Of a stretch of 64,000 nt of DNA, positions 27,124 to 40,325 are shown one piece after another (within the stretch, counting starts at the first letter, position 1; the number at the start of each line of letters is the position of its first letter). Origin of the DNA: Camelus ferus. Taxonomy: Eukaryota. Position numbers and translations under genes: made by a program. The stretch lies in contig NC_045703.1 of the NCBI RefSeq assembly GCF_009834535.1, positions 54,932,001 through 54,996,000 of the forward strand. The letters are read 5' to 3'. Under the pieces are notes generated by a model, which did not search any database, was not told where the DNA came from, and worked only from the letters and a program-made list of their open reading frames with translations.

Positions 27124-29499
27124 CAGGGTTACCAATAATGCCCATGGGTGAATCGGAGGTCATGAATCATTTATGAAAATGTGTATGTGAGTGTGTGCGT
27201 TTGTGGAATTTTTTTAGGAAAAAAGTTCACACCTTTCATGGGAATTTCAAAGAATTCTAATAGATAGGACACACTGCTTTATACCAACTTCCCTAATTAT
27301 TTTTCTAGTGGGATGTTATATCCTGATCCTTCACAAAGATTCTGTGATTCTATTAACCCTGTTGTTCCGTCCTCTCTAGATTTTGGGATATTCTGTTTAG
27401 CCACAAAATCATTAATCTTTCCAAAGATTTGAGAACAGTTGAACACGTTTTCTTATCCTGCTGAGATGACTAAAATGATGAAGATGTATTTTTCATTTTT
27501 GTATAGTCTTAGAGTGCCTTCCTTTGTAAATGGTGGCGTAGGTGCTTAGGAAAATATATGGTTTTATAAATCAAATCAATGTCTGAGGAAGTTAAAGAGA
27601 ATAGCAATTAAAAAGCGACTATGAATTTAGGACATAGTAATAGTACTGCAAAAATAAGTAAATAAAGTTGAACTTCCCAATTATAGGCAGTGTTGTTAAT
27701 GCCTATATAATATCTAAAGGAAAGCAGTGAAAACAAGTGGTAGGGAAATAGGCACTATGGTAAAAACCTAAAGAAATTAGAACATTTTAAATGGAACATA
27801 GAGTATGACTGATACTTCAAAAGTTACCCCTGCCCATAACTTTCTCTCCCGCCCTTGTAGGTCTGCACCCTAATTTGGGTTCTATCATATGCTAATCTCT
27901 AGGGCTACTATTTTTATTGGATATGTGTGCTACTGACTTTTTAAACCTGAAATTTGCATTTTCATTTGTCATCAATAAATTTCATTTTGATAGATTTAGA
28001 CATTTTCCTTGCCCAGTGGTCTTCAAGTTTCTTTTTTAATGGAAACATTAAATCCAAACAAAGTCTTCCATGGCTATCAAGTAGATAGAAATGGAACTTA
28101 TAGCTGAAATAGAGTGAGAAAAGGGTTCTGGAAATAAAAACATATTCTCAATATGGCATTTCCTGAATCCAAAGTCTACTCCATGTGGAATTCCCAGTCC
28201 ATCAACAGTTTCTAGTTGATTCTTTCTTTCTTTGATTAGCACTCACTATATAGTAAAATATCAGAAGAAACGAAGAAAATTATGTTCCCAATTTTTTTTT
28301 CTTAAAGAAAAAAAGAAGAACAAAATTAGCTGCGACATATTTATTTCCTCTGACTGCAGCCTCTTATAAAAATGTCAGTAGTGGATGGGAAAATTAAGAC
28401 AATGCTCACTTTCTTTTCCTCACTTTAGGACAGTGATGGCAGGAGGGGACTGGGAATCCCAAGTCATATTATTGGAATTTGAGACATTTTCAACCTTTGG
28501 TCTCATTTATCCCTAAAGCATGCAGCTGCAGTCACAGAAACTAAATATTTAAGACACCCTATGACTTTCTGGTGAATGGCTATTTTGGAAAGAAACCTTT
28601 CAAAGCCCCCATGTCACTTTTGCTGAAGTCACTGTCAGTGTCAAAGACAGCTGGCGGCTCACTGCCTTGCTCCATGCCTGATGGCTTTTAGGGAGTGCTC
28701 CAAGATCCTGGGGTCCCAGCCGTTCTGTTCCTGGAGTCAATAACACCTGAATCACTAAAATAAAATGAAGTTTGAAATGTGCTGTTTACTATTTAGAGAA
28801 AATTTGAATATTTCCAATTTTTAGATTAAAAAAATTTTTTTTAAATCTTCATTCACTACTTCTGCAAAGAACTGAGAAAACCTTTTAAGAAACAAATTAA
28901 ACCTCTGATACTGGTCCAAATGCAACACTTGTAAGTCTTAGGGGTTTTCACTGGAAATGCATGCTAAGTTTTTGCATATGTATGTGTTGAACTGTTACGG
29001 TTAAGCATTTATATTTTTACAGAACGTTTTGGGCTTGCTTTTGGGGCTTTGTTTATTTTTATTTGGTTTGGTTTGCTTTGGTTTGCTTTAGTTTAAGTTG
29101 ACTTTTTTTTTTTTTGTCTTGGCTTGGTTTGGTTCTCACAACATTTTGGACTCTAAGTGGCTCAGCAAAGAAAAAAAGTTGCAATGTTTTATGTCATTTG
29201 CCCCCAGGTCATGCAGGTTGGGTCAAAACTAAATTGAGATTTTTTTTTTTTCAGCCGAGGTTTTTTAATCTGCTACTTTAACTAGCCAACACACCATCCT
29301 CTGTTTCTTGGGTTATCTGGTAGGTTCTAATACTGTCCTAGGCGCCATGAGGACACAGAAATATAAGTCATGGTCCCTCTCCTCACATGTGGAAATTACG
29401 AACAAAAGCCAAGTTGAACAACTTGAGGAACAATGAAGGAAAGGTCTTACACTCTAGAACCAAGAGTATAAATTGGGTAATATGGGCTAGTAAGATCTA

Positions 29500-29960
29500 C
29501 TGAACTTTTGTCTTCTGTCCCATCAACTCCTGACACAGGTTTTACATAGGTCTCTGTTGACTTTCATTTGCCAGGACATCAATAGACATTTTCAGTCCTT
29601 ACTTTACCTTCTCAGAAATCTCAGTTTAATGCAGTTGACGGCTCCGTCCTTGTATCTTCCTCCCTTTGTCTTCCATAATACTCCATGCTCTGGCTTTCCT
29701 TTTATCTCTCTGGCTACTTCCTCTACTATGCATTGCAGGCTCGTCTTCTGCCATCCAGCACTAAACACGGAATTCTTCAAGGCTCGTTCTCAGGCCCTCT
29801 TCTGGTCTTAATATATACCTTTTTTCTAAGAGAGCTTGTCTGCACCGTGGCTTCACCTGCCACCTAGCTAAGGATTCTTTCCCAAGCTCTAGACCCACAT
29901 GAATTTGAACATCATAAAGGTTCTTCATGTTTAACATGCTTATAGCCAAAGTTGGGAATG
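29500..29960 (+). mobile_element. L2 LINE fragment
   Basis: cagtccttactttaccttctcagaaatctcag...ccataatactccatgctctggctttccttttatctctctggctacttcc. Confidence 0.65.
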
Positions 29961-30469
29961 TATACAATGTCTTTTTTGAGCACTTGTTTGGATAAAGGAC
30001 AGGGAACATTGGAAGAGCAGTGACATGGTAGAATGGCTGATGATGAATTTATCTTTGAACTTGCTGCTTTTCAGCTCCCAGAAAGTTTCAGCTCAGTTTC
30101 AGATTCAGATATAGTGACCTGGAGATCAGCTGAACAATTTCTATAGAATATGTGGGCCAGAGTTGTGTTGAAGGAGGTAAATGGAGACAGAGAGGGTCTT
30201 CTACTTCTTAAAGATAGCCCTCCCCGCCCCACTGCTTCAGTTCAATACACGTAACTGTATTCAGTGTTTATTAAATAGTTGGGATTTACTCCTATCCTCT
30301 GTTTTTCTTTGGGGACCAGTAAACTTAATGCATTCCTTCCTTCATTCATTCATCCATGATCATAGATTACCTGTGTGGGCCAGTTAAGTCCACTCTATTC
30401 CAAGTTCACTCAAAAATCTTTGGGATACTGTAGTCACAAGGGAGAATCAAGGAAAGACTACATCTAGAA

Positions 30470-30725
30470 CAATTAAATGATGATAACACAAACATTTATT
30501 GAGCACTTAACTCTATGCCAGGGACTATGATGAATGCTTTATATACACTGTCTGATTTACTCCTGCACAACACCATTAGACAGTTATTCTGCTAACCCTG
30601 TTTTAGAGATAGGTGAACTGAGATTTAAATAAGTTAACTGCCTGCCCCAAGGTCACACAGCTAGTAAGTGAAAAGCTAGAATTCCACCCAGGTCTAAATT
30701 GAGAGCCCTTACCTTAACCACCATG
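30470..30725 (-). mobile_element. MIR
   Basis: acatttattgagcacttaactctatgccagggact...gaactgagatttaaataagttaactgcctgccccaaggtcacacagctagtaagtg. Confidence 0.8.
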
Positions 30726-31801
30726 CTTCTCATCCCACACCTGCAAAAGCTTCCAACTCATTGATTGATATATTTTGCATAGAGAAAGCACGCAATTGGC
30801 CTCATTCTTTCTTTTGCTCATTAAAGCTAAACCAAAAAGAATGCCTTTCTCTTTAACTTCAGCTCTTTATTTGAACGGAAAGGGAAGAAAAACTAAAAAT
30901 GAGTTTCTTGGAGATGACCTGAGACCCTTACTATAATCCACACTCAAAGGATGCTGTGCAGAGGAGCAAAACGGAGGAAAGAAAACAACGGTTGCTCTTC
31001 AGCGTTAACGTTAGCATCTTGCAGCCGATGCAAGGCTGGATTTTAGGCTGGCGTGTGACTACTGGTGACCTTGACCTAAGCAGGCAAGTTTGCCCCTGCA
31101 AAAGCAGCTTTGGTTAAATGTCAGAATTAAAAGGGGAGCGGGATGATAAACTTATAAAAAGAAACATACACAAATTGTAACCCTCACCTTTCCTCCATAT
31201 GGAAGATTATTAATGCTTGAGTCTCAACACCGTCAGAGAAGTAGAATCACCACCAAACTAACGCCACAATAGGTTGAGTTCACACAAATGGGAAGTTAGA
31301 GGAAACCCCATTAACTGAGGGTTATCATTGCCTCATGAAAAGAAAAGAAACCTAGTTTAGGACACCTCCAAGAGAGCAGTGAGCAAAGCAAACAGCTCCA
31401 GCCTCACGATGATTTAAGGAACTTCTTGAAGTGCTTTTCTCTCCTTGATGTTAGTGTCTTAAATTTAAGTTGGCTGGTAATCCTTGGGCTCTGGGGAAAG
31501 CAAATGGTTAGTTTATGGTCAGTTTCTCTCATTGATTGTCTTTCAGAAGACGTGTGACTTATGGGAGAGAGTGAGAGCGCCTAACTCATCCTGCTGTTGA
31601 AAAAGAGAATTGAATGACAGGTTCTCGGTGCTGCTGCTAAAAGGCTTTCAGTAACTGCTGTGCTCGGCCACGGGCATTTCCGTGAAATAAATCACCGAAG
31701 GCAGTCTAAGAATTTGTAAGAGGAAGTGTTTTCACACTATGGCTTAGCAAAAACATCTCTATATTAAATCTACTTGCAAATTTAAACCGTACCAGGGGAA
31801 G

Positions 31802-31945
31802 NNNNNNNNNNNNNNNNNNNNNNNNNNNNNNNNNNNNNNNNNNNNNNNNNNNNNNNNNNNNNNNNNNNNNNNNNNNNNNNNNNNNNNNNNNNNNNNNNNN
31901 NNNNNNNNNNNNNNNNNNNNNNNNNNNNNNNNNNNNNNNNNNNNN
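31802..31945. other. N gap, 144 nt
   Basis: Counted directly. Confidence 1.
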
Positions 31946-34900
31946 TCCACCAGTAAGAGGTAGGAAGAATTATTCACTGTGGGAGAAAGTCTAATGTACT
32001 CGCAGCCCTGCCTAACATTCATGGTGCTGCTGGAAATCAAGAACTGCCCTGTTTTATCGCATCATATTCCCAAGATGCAAAACAAAAAGTGGAGCAGAAG
32101 TAGAGAAACTAAGGAAATTCTGGGAAGCCATGGCCTTCAAATGAAGGAACCTTCTGCCAAGAGTCATATTAACTTAGTATTTGGTCATATATGGGTTTTA
32201 AGAAATAGGGTTCTTAAGGTTTTCTAGAATGAGGGAAGGGATTTTAGGCAGAATTAGAAAAAGATAGCCAGTATACATCATACAGAACTGAGAATTGAAG
32301 ACTTGTTTTCTCAAAGGTTTGCAGTCTAGCAGGTGGAATAGACGGATGTATAACAGTTATGTTGTCCACTACAGTCTCCCAGAGGGCCAGTCCAGGAATA
32401 GAAAGTCATCAGGGGGACCACTGGTGAGAGTCATGCAATTCACACTTATCTGCCTACACATTGTGGTCAGTTTTTCAGAAGTTTTCAAAATATGCCTTGT
32501 TATTCCAATCCTTTCTAATATTCTCCCCTTTACATTCCTTCTCCAACAAATCTGCTCTGCCATCCTGAATTATACATAAAATTAACACCAGAGATAAACA
32601 GGAAGCCACTAATCCAACTGGCAGTGGAAAACCACAAGGAATGTTTGTTAGGACACGTGGACCCCAGTGGACCAGTTTGAACCCTTGAAACCTGAAACAC
32701 CACGACCCTTGGCCATGACTGTGTACAAGAGAAATCAGATCAGTGCCTCACCTTCATTCGGCCCAATGGTCTTTGACTTTTCTGTTTGTAAAGTCTTGTG
32801 GCCTTACCCCAATGTTACTTACAATGACCGAGCATTTTTAAATGGTCCTTCAGCCAAGCAAAGGGGTTCTAGTATTCAGTCCTACAACTTTTATTCAATA
32901 TCCTTTCCTTCTCCTTTTCTATGTCCTGGCATTTTACTGTGGTTTTTTCCTTCCTCATCACTTACTTAAGCTTCTCTCTCCTCCTCACTCTTATTTCTGA
33001 TATCTGGAACTTGCTCATTTGTCCTTTTCATCTTCTTGGCTTGTACTGTAAGCTGTGCCCCATTTCTTCATATTTCTTTTTTCTTGAAAATGCTGTATTT
33101 GAGTATTTTCTTATACATATGCCACATTCTCTTTTGTGTATTCTTTTAAACTCTTAAATGAAGTTATCTTTAATAATAAAGTAGTATGTGAAAATTAAAG
33201 AATATTTGAAAAACATAGAAAAAATGTAGTAACAAAAATGACTCATGGTTCTTCACACAAAAGAAGTCACTGTTAACATTAGAATATGTTCCTTTTAGAT
33301 TATTTTACCAACAAGATTTTTAAACTCTGTATGATAATTAGCCTTTGATGTCTAAATATAATAATGTAAGTGTTTTTCTTAATATATTTTAATGGCTACA
33401 TAATATTCCATTGAGTAGATATATTTTAGTTTAAAAGCCATTCCCTCATTGTAGGTCATGAAGATAACTTTTTATTATTTTGCTCTTGCAGATAGTATTA
33501 GGGAAAATATCTTTGTTTACTAAGCTGAGAAAGGGTTTGTTTTTATCTTGTGTTCATCTGTTTTGTTTAGGGTGACTATTATTTTTTTAGGGTAAGTCCC
33601 AGGAGTTCAGTTACAGTCCTCGGGAAAGGACTTGGGACCCTTGGGTAACAGGGTCAATTTGCCTCCAAAGCGGTAGCTGCAGTGTATTCTTTGTACATGG
33701 GTGTGTGTTTTTCATGTCATTCTTGCGACATAAGGCATTCTTATTTTAAAAGAAAGGTTTGCTAATTTAATATGTGAAAATGGTTTTTCCCTTGAATGGA
33801 ACTGCTTACTACTGAGGGTGCGTGCATGTCCATGAATCTGTTTATCACTAGCCCTCATTCATTCAGTCCTTCACCCCTTCTTTCCCTCCCCATTGCCTTG
33901 TGCCCACACTGCTGATTTCCTCTGCTTATCCCTAGTCCCTTCTGCTCGCTTTTCCAACCCCCAAAGTTAATTTTGTGACTCTCTTTTGTCTCGTGTCCAG
34001 TAACTTGTGGGGCAGTGGGACCCAAATTGCATTTTAAGATCATTTTTATGAGACGTTCTCAGCAGGCATCTTCAAGGCCTCAAGTTCTTTTTTTGTCCCC
34101 CACTGTGAAAAACTGATTGGCAGCTGGTGACAGGCAGGGCACTGGTGCTTGGCACTCACAGGAAGCGCTGCAGGAGGTGCCCAGAGCCACAGCGGAGGAA
34201 GCGTGGCCAAGCCAGCACAAGGTGGGGGACCAGATGTCGCCCGATTATGTTCCATTGAAATCCAAACAAAGCCCCAGATTCGGGATCATTTCCTTGAGAC
34301 TCCCTAGTTGGAAACTGGCACCAATCCAGAATCGCACAACAGCTGGTCTCCCCATGCTAGGATTTATGTGCCTTGCAGAAAACTTTACCTGTGTGTTATT
34401 GATTGGTTTCTGTAAAGCAATCAAACAATATCTCGAAGACCCAAAGCATACTTCTCTCTGCTGAAAAGAAAAAGAGCCTGTATATCACTGAACACGCAGG
34501 CAGTCTTATTACAGGCTGGGGACCGCCGAGAAGGATGCGTTACCCTTGTTATTTATGCTACCCGTGTTAACCTTGAGGCTGCATCCTGACACTTGCAGCT
34601 TTGCAATGACAAGCCTCCATTCCCGTTAGGAGACTAAGCCTACCCTTTGGAAATAGGTTCTGTTATTAAAATAAGCTTTCAGGGGACACCAGCAGATGAG
34701 AAATCGTGCTTATGTTTCTCATCATCTAGTTGGTGTCGGGAAATCTGAGAATCTTTCCAAAAGCTCATTACTTGTCATCGTCCAGGTCATTTGCATCTAT
34801 GCCGTCCACTTCTCTCCTCCCAAGGAAGGTGGTCTGTAGGCCTGGCAGTTTCATTTTCTGAATATCAAGGAGGAAAAACAAACAGAAACCGCCTTCCCCA

Positions 34901-36218
34901 CCCACCATGCCCCCCCAAAAGATTTTGTAGTTGGTTGTGCTAAGCAGCAGAGGAAGGTTTGAATTTGAAACCAAAACAAGCATTTTTTTAAGAAAAAACT
35001 AAAATAAAGAATCATGAAAGAACATTGATTCTTCTAATACTTAGCTACATATGTGTTCCTGACCTAAATCCAGGGCCTCTATTTTATGCATTGCCTTCAT
35101 AACTGGCTGCCCTGCTGTTTCAATCACCTGATAATGTCTAGGTGACGTGCTCTCCCTCTCTCCCTCCATCCCTCTCTCCTTCTCTCTCTGGCTGCCTGGC
35201 GGTCCTCAACCCAGATTCTCAGACCTCCCAGTGAGATTTTGGAGCTAACCCTCTCCATTAGAAACAAACAAAATAAATTGTTTCCATTCCCCAAAGGAAT
35301 GTGCTAAAGCCTTTTTTCCTCTTTAACATGGATGCAATTTAAATTTGGCAAGAGCTGGACACAATATACCTCGCTTGGAGGAGAAAGCTCGGTGAGAGAG
35401 ACCCTTCCAGAAAGACCCCTTCATCCTCCCTGTGAGCTTGAAATGACAGTAAGTAACCAGGCCATGCCTTCAGCATCCGCAGGGTTTCTGCAGAATCCTC
35501 ACCCAGGCCCTCATTCCACAGAAATGTATTCAGCACCTACTCTCTGAAAACCCTGTGTGCGTGTTCTTTCCCCACTGTCCCTGCAAGGCTGTGAGGCTGG
35601 AGCTTCTAACCGTGTGCGTTTCATTTGCTTCATCTCTAGCCCTGACCACACCAGGGACATCTAAATATCATTCAGTGACATCTCTCTTTATTACTCTGAT
35701 TCAGAATCCCGCTTATCTGTCATGGTCCACAGGTGATGAATTAACGGGAAATAAAGATAAGACGTGGCCCACTCATGGCAGGTATTGAAGGGAAATCACC
35801 TGAGATGATCTGTCGAGAATTGATCAAAGACAGTAATATGATCAAGGGCCAACTCAGGCAGAGCCTCAAAGAATATGCACATGACTCTGGAAAGCAGCCC
35901 CGGCCCTTGCCAGGGTCCTGCCCTCGCTCTCCTTGCTTTCCCTGTTCCTCATCTTCGCTTGTAAAACCTTTCTTTCTCAAGGGTCTAACAGATTCCAACA
36001 TCTTTGCTCCAACGATGGGTGCCATCTTATTTCCCCTGGACTGAAGCAGGCACCACGGAGGGTCAGACCAGATCAGTTAAGGCCAGAGAAAAGGGCCTTC
36101 TGAGGCCACATTGGAGAAGGATTTATTTATCTTTCCTTAACTGTAAGGACACTTGATATTCTTAACGCACCCTAGCTTTTCCTAGTAATCCTTTATTCAT
36201 TGATCATACTCACAAATT

Positions 36219-36705
36219 TGAATAGAGGAAAACAAATCTGACTCCATATTCAATCTGTTTCTTTTACCTTTGTATTCTCTTGCTTTTGCTACAAGTTAAT
36301 CACTAAAGCTACGGTTGCCTATAAGCTTAAATAATAAATAGTGACCCATCTCTGGAAACCCTGCCTCCCATGTAATGAGTGTTAAGCTAAAATACCTTTG
36401 TTTAGTTCATAAGAAGCATCCTGACCAAGCCCACTTGTGAATGACTGTAGGAAAGAAGAAATTAACACATCCTCTCCAGAGACTGACCAGAATCAGGAAA
36501 CATTTGGCTTTACCCCCACGCCTTTTAGTATAAAAGAAGCCTAAATTCTAACTTAAGGGAAGATGGTTCTTTGGGACACTAGTCCACCATCTTCTTGATC
36601 TGCTAAGTTTTCCAAATAAAGTCCCTATTCCTTGCCTCAACAACTCACCTCTTGATTTAGTGGCCTAGTTGTGTGGCCAGTAGGATGAGCTTGGACCTGG
36701 TAACA
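36219..36705 (+). mobile_element. ERV1-class solo LTR
   Basis: TG...CA termini, perfect 4-bp TSD aatt (36215-36218 / 36706-36709), TATAAAA box and AATAAA inside. Confidence 0.9.
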
Positions 36706-38099
36706 AATTTACCAAAACATTTACTGAATCCATTTATACTTCCAGTCTGTTCTGCTTTCATAACACATAAGCTGCCTGCCTATCCTCATGCAGCACAGCA
36801 CACAGCTTTTTACATCCCTCAGCTCACTTTATTCCAAGCCCCAGTATTCCAGGAACTGGCTGTTACATCTAGTTCACACAACCCATAATGTTCCTCGTTT
36901 TATACCTTTTGAGCAGTCTTTCTCTCATCCATTCTCCCTTCATCCTCTTCAATTCTTGAAACTGAAAAGATTCTCAAGGCTCCAAGTGAGCTCTGACCTC
37001 ATCCTGCTTCCTTCTTTAGTGGCTCCCATGACGCTTGGATTGATGACTATCAAAGCAAGAGGAATATTGGGTCAGGGAGATGTGCTGGCTGGAGCAGGGG
37101 GTTGACCTGAAGACAAAAACGTGATGAACAGGCCCTGAAGGTCCACCAATGAGAAAGGTTCCTGGAGAAGAGTCATAAATTCCACTCATCACTACATACC
37201 CCAGGGATTTTTCTGTTTACCTAAGATATTTGCAGAATGGGGACCTGACTCCTAGAGGGTCAACAAAATAGGTGCGGGGAAGAGTCCACAAGCTGTGTGT
37301 AAGCTTACAAAAATGTATCTCTTGATTAGGCTGGAGAGACTAATGAAAATGTCAGATTGCTTTGATTTGGCTGAACTATGACCACAATGTAGTTAATACT
37401 GTTGATCTCATACTGATCTGAAGCTGGCCAAAATTTATATCTTTGATTAGTTATATTAAAATGGGGAGGATTAGGACTTGAAATATACTTTTTGGCAAAT
37501 AAAGTCATTTAAAATATGGGCCTGTAGGTGCAAATAACAAGACAAAAGGCTGTAAGGAAATATAAAACCAAAGGTCATTTGTGTGATCGAGATATGGAAC
37601 ATGGAGCATGTATTCTCCCCCAGAACTCCCCCCGCCCCACCGCCGCCGGCCCAGATGTGCTGTCTCACAAGGGAATAAGAGCTTTACGTCATCTGTATGA
37701 CTGGCATTGTTTCTCGAGCCTCAGATTCACAGTGACCAAAACCAAGTGGTCTAGCATGTGCCTTATTCAGCCTTACTCAGCTGAATAAGTTGTTGAATAG
37801 CTACGGACTGATGATAAGTTTTAAAGAGCGTTAAGTGCCAGCTATGCCTCAGTTAATAAGAAACCCAGTTACATATCAAGGAGGCTCATTAGTCATGCAG
37901 AACCATATATAAAGTTACAGTCGCTGCCTTTATAGCCCCCAAATTAGGTGGTAGTGAGGAGTTTTACCATATACTGACCAGTTTCTTGTCTCCTGAAGAC
38001 AGTTGGTCATACAACATCAGTGTATTTATATTCCCACAGTACAACTGTGAGCTGTCAGGCTCCCGTGATTGTGAATGTTCCTGTGTGAGTTTCACACAC

Positions 38100-38580
38100 A
38101 TAGGTTGGAGCTGGCCACGGGATGATGGTGGTGGGTGTGCACTATGATGCCAGGATGTGCTAGGCAGGTCCCCTTTGGGGACTGAAGGACTTGCTCCCCC
38201 AGCAGCTGGGGCACTGCTTCCTCAGCTCCTCACTGAAGTCCTCACCAGGATGCACTCCCACCTGAACAGAGTGGCCTTGCTAAAAGTCAGGCCCCCTTCC
38301 CTGGGACAGCCACATCCCATAACCGGTCCCCGCTAGGTCTACAAGACCTGGCCCACGTACCGCAATTTGGGGCAACCCTGAAGGGCCAGCCTAGATTCAG
38401 AGCTCCTGGTGGGGTCACCTAAGGCCTCTGTTGAGACCGCATCACTCCTCCCTCTGCTCTGTACCACTTCCTGCTTTTCCCCCAGACAGGCACTGATGCT
38501 CAGAAACCCCCTCGTAAACCTCTGTGCACTGATGCCCATCTCAGAGTCTGCTCCACGGGGAACCTGCCTGGCACCCTTCT
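38100..38580 (+). mobile_element. LTR16-like (ERVL) LTR
   Basis: 3' end ccccctcgtaaacctctgtgcactgatgcccatctcagagtctgctccacggggaacc resembles the LTR16 terminus. Confidence 0.6.
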
Positions 38581-38629
38581 GGCAGTCTGGGTAGCTTGGG
38601 TCCAAAAGTGATATATGTTAGGAAGAAAA

Positions 38630-39317
38630 CACTGTCATTTAAAATTCAAGCATGAGAATGACTGAAATAAAAAAGACAGTTGATATCAAGAGTTGACACA
38701 GACATGGAACCAGTGAACTCTATCTGCTGCTGATGGAAAATTCTTTGGCATTATCTGTTAAAGATGAACTCCCAATTTCATGTCCTGCAATTTGTCTCCT
38801 TAGTATAAACCCAAGAAAAATGCAAACATAGTTCACCAAAAGAAGAATGCACAACAATTGTCACAGCAGCGTGTTTCCTAAATGATTCAAACTGGAAAGC
38901 ATGGCAGCGGCCTTAACAGCAGACTGGATGAGTGGATTGTGTTGCAGACACACAGTAGAGTGACAGCAATGAGAATGGAAACCTGCAAGTCCACGCCTCA
39001 ACAGGGATGAATCCCACAAATGTCATATTGAGCGAAAACCAGCCAGGCCCTAAAAATATACACACTGTATCATTGCATTTATATAAATTTCAAAATCAGA
39101 CAAGCTCCTCTGTGGTGCTCGAAGTCAGATTAGTGGTCGCCTTGCAGGGGGTTAGTTGTGACAAGAAGAGGTAGGAGGGGGATATTCTCAGGTACTTGTG
39201 CTCTGTTTCTTGATCTGGGTGCTGGTTATGAGAGTGAGTTTCCTTTGTGAACATTCATCCTCTGGACACATCACTGGTACACTTTCCTGTATATATGTTA
39301 TAGTTAAATTGCAAGTT
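38630..39317 (+). mobile_element. Old L1M (L1ME-like) 3' region
   Basis: gatgaatcccacaaatgtcatattgagcgaaaacc...tttatataaatttcaaaatcagacaag...tttcttgatctgggtgctggttatg. Confidence 0.75.
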
Positions 39318-40097
39318 TACACAGCGAGAGAGGGAGAAAGGAAGGGCAGATATAAACCCTGGATGCAGAAATGTATCATCAGGGATATGGACACAGATTC
39401 CCAAGACTTGAACGGGGTCCCTACTGGCAACTGCTGAAGACTCTTACAGATGAAGAGGCTGGGGTCCAGAAGGGCTCCTGTGGGCTCAAAGTTATTTAAC
39501 CAGCTAATGGTGAATGGCTTCCTGGCCCTGCCTTCTCTCTACCCCTCCACTGCGAGCAGAGCCTGTGCAGTGACTAGAGTCTAGACTCAGTGCTGACCAT
39601 ATAATCGTCAGTGCAGCCTAAGTGAGACACAGAATGTGCAAGGAGATGCCACTTGAACATTGAACTTGATGTACTGTCCCCAGGGTAACAGAGATGTTAC
39701 CCATTTCTTAGAGGCCTCCCTCCATCCAGTACCTACTGTCTGCCCACCCAACGTCTATCACCATCAACAGTGCCTTGTGTAGAAAGTGGGTCCTTTTCTG
39801 TCTGCAAAGCCAAATTAAGAGGCTACAGAGAAAAAATTTTGAGCTGTGAGCTGAACTGCCTCTTTCTCCCTTGACATTCCCCTATCATCTTTGGGACAAC
39901 ATTTAAATATTTTGTGCTGTAAAGGCTCCTTCTGACAGTATTACCTTCTGTCATGGAATCCTTGTAAAAAAGAGCTACGTTATAGCTGCTTTTATATGTG
40001 TTAAATAGTGCCTCTGTAAAAGCTTGAATTTAGTTTCATAGATAAGAGATAAACTTCAAGACTAAAACTGGACGCTTCCCCCTTCCTTTACTACATT

Positions 40098-40325
40098 GGT
40101 GTGAGTGTGGGTGTGGGTGTGCATTTGCATGTGTGTATGCACGGGCATGTGTGCATGGGTGTGTGCATGTGTTTGCACAGGTATGTGTGGGTGTGTGCAT
40201 GTGTGTACATGTGAGTGTGTGTTTGCATAGATGTGTTGGCATGTGCTGAGGTATATGTACATGGATATGTGTGTTTGTGTGTATGCATGGGTGTGTGTTT
40301 GTGTGTGTGTGTGTGCATATGTACA
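40098..40325. repeat. Degenerate (TG/CA)n alternating purine-pyrimidine tract
   Basis: About 230 bp of gtgtgcatgt-type units. Confidence 0.95.

Larger units (their letters stand above)
4770..28754 (-). pseudogene. Candidate decayed multi-exon gene (unitary pseudogene or derived lncRNA), identity unknown
   Basis: Exon-like blocks bounded by AG/GT on the minus strand: 28754-28597, 25637-25397, 22160-21531, 20261-20213, 18545-18508, 17959-17883, 17053-16977, 15289-14824 (weak donor), 11825-11243, 10582-10316, 9819-9605 (donor GT>AT), 6381-6171, and 5250 to about 4770 (ATTAAA at 4782-4777). The 11825-11243 block has only two TGA stops in 193 codons. Confidence 0.4.
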
